DNA of 58,510 bases from contig CAMAHK010000005.1 in assembly GCA_945834475.1 (NCBI GenBank), positions 1 through 58,510 of the forward strand. The letters are read 5' to 3'. Shown piece after piece: positions 54,082 through 58,510 of the stretch (position 1 is the stretch's first letter; each line of letters starts with the position of its first letter). This stretch comes from an uncultured Verrucomicrobiota bacterium. Its GTDB lineage: Bacteria > Verrucomicrobiota > Kiritimatiellia > RFP12 > UBA1067. The position numbers and the translations under genes are program-made. Under the pieces are notes generated by a model, which did no database searches, was not told the origin of the DNA, and saw only the letters and a program-made list of their open reading frames with translations.

Positions 54082-55488
54082 TTAACCCAGATAGACGTTC
54101 TGATCCCGCAGCGTCTTCTGCAGGAGGCTGCGGTCGAGCGCACGCGGCGTCACACCCTTCAGGGCCGCGAGCGCCGCAGCCGTACCCGCGGCCTGTCCCG
54201 TCACGAAGCACGGCGCGATCAGGCGGAACGTATCAATCGTGTCGCCCTTGCCGAGGCAGCGTCCGGCGCAGAGGAGGTTGTCGATGCGCTTCGGGAGAAT
54301 CTGCCGGTAGCAGACCGGGAACGCCGCGTGCGGACCGTCGTGTCCGCACCAGCCAATCGTGTCGTCGAACGCGAGGCCCTCGGCGATCTCCTTGCGGCCA
54401 ATGACGTATTCCGCGTCGATCAGGCGCGTCTGGCGCACACCGATCTGCGAAGCGGAGTTGGTCGTGTAGACCTTCTCCCAGCCGGGCGTGGCGCGCATTT
54501 TCTGGACATACTCCCAGTTCTCGCGGCGCTGGCTCACCTCGATGCGGCTGAGATCCTTCACCGACAGGCCGTTGGCCGTGTTCATCGAGCGTCCGCCCCA
54601 GCGCGCGTCAGGATTGCCCTCGTTGCCGCGCGTCGGGAACGCTGGCTTGTTCGGCGGCGGAACGATTGTGTCCATGTTGCCCCAGCGAAAAACCGTCGAG
54701 ATCGATCCGCTCACCTGCTGGTACTCGCCACCGGCCTTGAAGAGGAGGTCGGCGTCCCCCGTGCAGTCGACGACCTGCTTCGCGAGAATCGCCTTGCGGC
54801 CTTCCTTGGACTCGAAGACGATGCCTTGGACCTTGTCACCGTCCTGGATGACGTCAACGCCCCAGCAGTGGAAGAACATGTCAACCTTCGACTCGGCGAC
54901 CATCTCGTCCATCAGGTACTTCGCGCACTCGGGATCGATTGTCGGGAGCCACTGGTTCTTGGGGCACGTATTCGCGGCGGGACGGCAGAAGTCCGTGCCG
55001 AACGCCCCGGCGCGCTGCATGAACTCCTCGCAGATGCCGCGTGTGACAAGCGACCACTTCCCGCTCGCGCGGTCGCGCAGCGACGTCGCGAGCACGATGA
55101 GGACCATGCCGTTGGTGAAGAGACCGCCCAGAGAACCGTAGCGCTCGACAAGCGCGACCTTCGCACCCGTCCGCGCCGCCGAGACCGCTGCGGCGAATCC
55201 GGCGGGGCCGCCGCCGACGACGACCACGTCCGCAGTATGAAAGACCGGCAGCTCGTGCGCGGGCTCGATCACCTTGCCGTCCTTCAGACAGCAACTCGGA
55301 CCGTCCGAAACCGACGGCGCAAGAGGGAAGATGTGCTTGCCGAACCAGACGTTCTCGGGATCGCCGCAGCTGCCGGCGGGCAGCTTGGACATATCGGGAC
55401 AATACTCGTCCGCCCGAACGCCGCCCGTCGCCAACGCCGCGCCGGCGAGGCCGAACCGCTTGAGAAACTCACGCTTGCTGATGTTCAT
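54082..55488 (-). CDS. FAD-dependent oxidoreductase with Tat-like signal
   Basis: MNISKREFLKRFGLAGAALA; DVVVVGGGPAG..AA, ERYGSLGG, DCTGDAD, NLLCAGRC, TGQAAG.AAA. Confidence 0.85.
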   Translation of the reverse strand: MNISKREFLKRFGLAGAALATGGVRADEYCPDMSKLPAGSCGDPENVWFGKHIFPLAPSVSDGPSCCLKDGKVIEPAHELPVFHTADVVVVGGGPAGFAAAVSAARTGAKVALVERYGSLGGLFTNGMVLIVLATSLRDRASGKWSLVTRGICEEFMQRAGAFGTDFCRPAANTCPKNQWLPTIDPECAKYLMDEMVAESKVDMFFHCWGVDVIQDGDKVQGIVFESKEGRKAILAKQVVDCTGDADLLFKAGGEYQQVSGSISTVFRWGNMDTIVPPPNKPAFPTRGNEGNPDARWGGRSMNTANGLSVKDLSRIEVSQRRENWEYVQKMRATPGWEKVYTTNSASQIGVRQTRLIDAEYVIGRKEIAEGLAFDDTIGWCGHDGPHAAFPVCYRQILPKRIDNLLCAGRCLGKGDTIDTFRLIAPCFVTGQAAGTAAALAALKGVTPRALDRSLLQKTLRDQNVYLG

Positions 55489-55513
55489 GTCTCGTCTCTC
55501 CTTCACATTTAAA

Positions 55514-56416
55514 TTAGGTCCGAACCGCAAATTCCTCGGCGACGAAATCGGCGAGCGCGGTCTTCCAGTTCGGCGTGCGGTAGCCGAGGAGGTTGAGGAC
55601 GCTCTTCTTCAGCGCGGAGTTCTTCGGACGCGGCGCAGGGCGCGGATACTCGTCCGTCGTGCACGGCGTCACCTCGCGCGGGAAGCGGTCCCCGAGCAGG
55701 CGCTTCAGCTCAACGGTGAGGTCGTACCAGGTGCACTGGTCCTCGCACGTGCCGTGCACGATGCCCGAAACGTCCGGCTTCGTCAGAAGGAAGCGGATCG
55801 CGTCCGCAACGACCTTTGTGGACGTCGGATTGCCGCGCTGGTCGTCGACGACCTTGAGCGGAGCGCCCTCCTGCGCGCCGAGCTTCGCCATCGTATGGAG
55901 GAACGAGGGACCGCCCGAGCCATACAGCCACGCGATGCGCAGGATGACCGAATTGTCCGGATAAAGCATCTGGATCATCTGCTCGCCGGCGAACTTCGAG
56001 GCGCCATAGACCGTCCGCGGACGTGGAATGTCGGTCTCGCTCCAGGCCCACGGCTCCTTCGGCGGTTCGCCCGAGAAAACGTAGTCCGTCGAGATCGCGA
56101 TGAGACGCGCCCCGCACATCTTCGCCGCGAGCGCGACGTTGCGCGTGCCCTCCTCGTTCAACTTGAACGCGAGCTCGCGCTTCGTCTCGCAGTCGTCGAC
56201 CTTCGTCATCGCCGCGCAGTGGATGATGACGTCGGGCCGAACGGCCTGAACGGCCGACGCAAACCCCGCGTCGTCCGTAATGTCCCACTCCGGCAAGTCG
56301 GCGACCACAATTTCCGGCGGCTCACACAGGAGAGGCCCGCCCTCCGTAGTCGAGCAAAGCTCGCGAAGGAGGGTGCGCCCGAGCATTCCCTTTCCTCCTG
56401 TGATCAGGATCTTCAT
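55514..56416 (-). CDS. rfbD: dTDP-4-dehydrorhamnose reductase
   Basis: ILITGGKGMLG, HCAAMTKVDDCE, ISTDYVFSG, YGASK..GE, VVDDQRGNPT, A.RPKNS.L. Confidence 0.93.
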   Translation of the reverse strand: MKILITGGKGMLGRTLLRELCSTTEGGPLLCEPPEIVVADLPEWDITDDAGFASAVQAVRPDVIIHCAAMTKVDDCETKRELAFKLNEEGTRNVALAAKMCGARLIAISTDYVFSGEPPKEPWAWSETDIPRPRTVYGASKFAGEQMIQMLYPDNSVILRIAWLYGSGGPSFLHTMAKLGAQEGAPLKVVDDQRGNPTSTKVVADAIRFLLTKPDVSGIVHGTCEDQCTWYDLTVELKRLLGDRFPREVTPCTTDEYPRPAPRPKNSALKKSVLNLLGYRTPNWKTALADFVAEEFAVRT

Positions 56417-56427
56417 CGGTTCTCCCT

Positions 56428-58365
56428 TCACTTGAGCATCAGTTCCGCCAGCTTCTTCGCGAAGCGCGCGCCGTCCGTGACAGGCGACCCCTCGGCGATG
56501 AGCGCCGCGTCATAGAGGAACGCGATGTCGGAGTTGAAGTCGGAAGTTGAAGTCGAAGAATGGAGGTCCGCGAGCTTCTTGATGAGCGGATGCGCCGCGT
56601 TGATCTCGAGGATGCGCTTCTCGTCCGGCACCTGCTGGTTCATCGCGCGCATCATGCGCACCATCGACGGCGGCATCGCGTGCTCCTGCTGCACGAGGCA
56701 GCACGGCGAGTCGGTGAGGCGCGTCGAAACGCGGACGTCGGAGACGTTCGCCTCGAGAACCTTCTTGACGGACTCGAGGAACGGCTTCAGCTCCGCCGAT
56801 GCCTTCTCGTTCGCGTCCTTCGCGGCCTTCTGCTCGTCCTCGCTACCGAAGGCGACGTCGCCCTTCGAGACGTCGACGAACTTCTTGCCATCAAAGTCGC
56901 GAAGGGACTCGGTCAGGTACTCGTCGACGGGATCGCACCAGAGGAGGACGTCGCACCCGTGCTGGCGCGCCGACTCCAGGACCGGCGACTTGCGCGCGTC
57001 GGCTTCGCGTTCGGCGGTGATGTAGTAGATGTCCTTCTGCGTCGAGGGCATGTCCTTCACATAGTCCTCGAGGAAGACGCGCTTGCCTGCCTCGCCGCGC
57101 GCCGTCGGGTACTTGAGGAGCTTCTTGAGGCGGTCGGCCTCACTCCAGTCCGTATGGACGCCTTCCTTCAGCACCGTGCCGAAGTTCGTGTAGAACTCGT
57201 CGTACTTCGCCGCGTCCTTCTTCTTGAGGTCCTCGAGCGTCGAGAGGATCTTCTTCGTGACGGCCGTCTTGATCTTCTGGATGACCGCGTCATCCTGCAG
57301 CATCTCACGCGAGACGTTGAGCGGCAAGTCGGCAGAGTCGACGACGCCCTTCACGAAGCGGAGGTAACTCGGGAGAAGCATCTCGATGTCATCGCCGATG
57401 AAGACGTTGCGCACGTACAGGGAGAGTCCGCGCTTCTGCTGCGGCATGAAGAGGTCCATCGACGCCTTCTTCGGCAGAAAGAGAAGTGCCTTGAACTCGA
57501 CCGCGCCCTCGCCCGAGAACGGAATCGTCTCGAACGGACCGTCCCAGTCGTGCGTCAGGTGCTTGTAGAACTCGTCGTACTCCTCCTGCTTGACGTCCTT
57601 TTTCGTGCGCTTCCAGAGGGCGACCATCGTGTTGAGCGGCTTCGCCTCGTCCTCCTCACGGCGCTTCTTGTCCTCGTCCTTCTCGTCGGCCGGCGGATTG
57701 AGGTCCTTGAACGTCACGGGATACGCGATGAAGTCGGAATACTTCTTGATGAGCTCCGAGACGCGCCACTTGTCGAGATACTCGAGCTGGTCATCCCTGA
57801 GGTGCAACGTGATCGAAGTGCCGGGGAAATCGCGGTCGCCGTCGGAGATCGTGTACGAGCCCGACATGTCGGACTCCCACTTGTACGAGGTCGCGGTGCC
57901 GCGCTTGAGCGTCTCGACCGTCACCTTGTCGGCGACCATGAACGCCGCATAGAACCCGACGCCGAACTGGCCGATGAGTTCGGGCGCCCCTCCCGGCACG
58001 CCTTTCTCTCCATCTCCACCCTCAACCTCAACCTGCTTCGCCAGCATTTCGCGGAACTTCTTCGTGCCCGAGCTTGCGATCGTGCCGAGGTTCTGCTCGA
58101 GCTCCGCGGCGTCCATGCCCGTGCCGTTGTCGGAGATCATGAGCGTCTTCGCGTCCCTGTTCGCCGCGATCTGGATCTTCCACTCGGGATTGTCCGCGAT
58201 GAGCGACTTGTCGGTGAGCGAAAGGAACTTCGCACGGTCGATCGCGTCCGACGCGTTCGAGACGAGCTCGCGAAGGAAAATCTCCTTCTTCGAATAAAGG
58301 GAATTGACAACGAGATCAAGCATCTCCGCGATCTCGGCCTTAAACTGATTGGTTTTCTTTTCCAT
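56428..58365 (-). CDS. htpG: Molecular chaperone HtpG (Hsp90)
   Basis: SLYSKKEIFLRELVSNASDA, DNGTGM, LGTIASSGT, IGQFGVGFY, GVVDSADLPLNVSRE.LQ, ILEINA.H; start re-called at MEKKTNQF. Confidence 0.96.
   Translation of the reverse strand: MEKKTNQFKAEIAEMLDLVVNSLYSKKEIFLRELVSNASDAIDRAKFLSLTDKSLIADNPEWKIQIAANRDAKTLMISDNGTGMDAAELEQNLGTIASSGTKKFREMLAKQVEVEGGDGEKGVPGGAPELIGQFGVGFYAAFMVADKVTVETLKRGTATSYKWESDMSGSYTISDGDRDFPGTSITLHLRDDQLEYLDKWRVSELIKKYSDFIAYPVTFKDLNPPADEKDEDKKRREEDEAKPLNTMVALWKRTKKDVKQEEYDEFYKHLTHDWDGPFETIPFSGEGAVEFKALLFLPKKASMDLFMPQQKRGLSLYVRNVFIGDDIEMLLPSYLRFVKGVVDSADLPLNVSREMLQDDAVIQKIKTAVTKKILSTLEDLKKKDAAKYDEFYTNFGTVLKEGVHTDWSEADRLKKLLKYPTARGEAGKRVFLEDYVKDMPSTQKDIYYITAEREADARKSPVLESARQHGCDVLLWCDPVDEYLTESLRDFDGKKFVDVSKGDVAFGSEDEQKAAKDANEKASAELKPFLESVKKVLEANVSDVRVSTRLTDSPCCLVQQEHAMPPSMVRMMRAMNQQVPDEKRILEINAAHPLIKKLADLHSSTSTSDFNSDIAFLYDAALIAEGSPVTDGARFAKKLAELMLK
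56531..56565 (-). repeat. CAACTT-type repeat in frame in the htpG C-terminal region
   Basis: TCCATTCTTCGACTTCAACTTCCGACTTCAACT (minus), 3 mismatches versus 6370-6402; encodes HSSTSTSDFN. Confidence 0.7.
58006..58034 (+). repeat. CAACCT-type repeat in frame in the htpG N-domain lid region
   Basis: CTCTCCATCTCCACCCTCAACCTCAACCT, encodes VEVEGGDGE on minus. Confidence 0.65.
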
Positions 58366-58399
58366 GATTCGATTCTCTTGAAACAATTTTGAGAACGTA

Positions 58400-58408
58400 A
58401 TTATATCA
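58400..58408 (-). promoter_or_regulatory. Extended -10 promoter for the htpG operon
   Basis: TGATATAAT about 35 nt upstream of ATG. Confidence 0.55.
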
Positions 58409-58510
58409 TTTTCCTCCACTCTTCGCTTCGACGACAAGATCAAGGGGCGCATCTTTGGATTTTAAAACTTCTTCTCCCCATCTGCACCTACCGATAGCGG
58501 ACGCGCTCGC

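Noticed and set aside
1-58510. tRNA, rRNA, transposase or integrase genes
   Set aside because: None recognisable by eye; tRNAscan-SE, Infernal and ISEScan would be needed to exclude them formally.

Overview
High-GC bacterial chromosomal window, mostly minus-strand genes, from an anaerobic glycan degrader. Gene content and style suggest a PVC-group organism such as Kiritimatiellae; this is inference. Core genes: V-type ATPase B (partial), two Hsp20s, galM, queD, nadA, [FeFe]-hydrogenase, hisS, fucO, accAD, psd, nifU, rnd, hemB-hemL-hemA, a hemC-cobA-hemD triple fusion, rfbD and htpG. Accessory DNA: a partly decayed CAZyme region (about 23.9-38.3 kb) with a GH92-GH28 fusion, two frameshifted genes, several collapsed or chimeric remnants and two ATPase-DUF234 paralogues. 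A roughly 6 kb island (41.5-47.5 kb) sits in the 3' end of hemA and splits the heme operon. The best novelty candidates are: (1) in that island, a roughly 240-nt leader with terminator, antiterminator and anti-antiterminator architecture, plus a 94-bp terminator-promoter-leader unit repeated around a vapBC module, upstream of an exported coiled-coil protein and FGE/CLec lipoproteins; (2) a CstA transporter fused through an internal lipoprotein-type signal to an FAD oxidoreductase; (3) several families of short dispersed repeats that supply RBS/start sites and are inserted in frame in housekeeping genes (psd, hemC, htpG, rfbD). I found no rRNA, tRNA, CRISPR array, transposase, integrase or reverse transcriptase. 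All family calls are from motif recognition by eye; no database searches were run.
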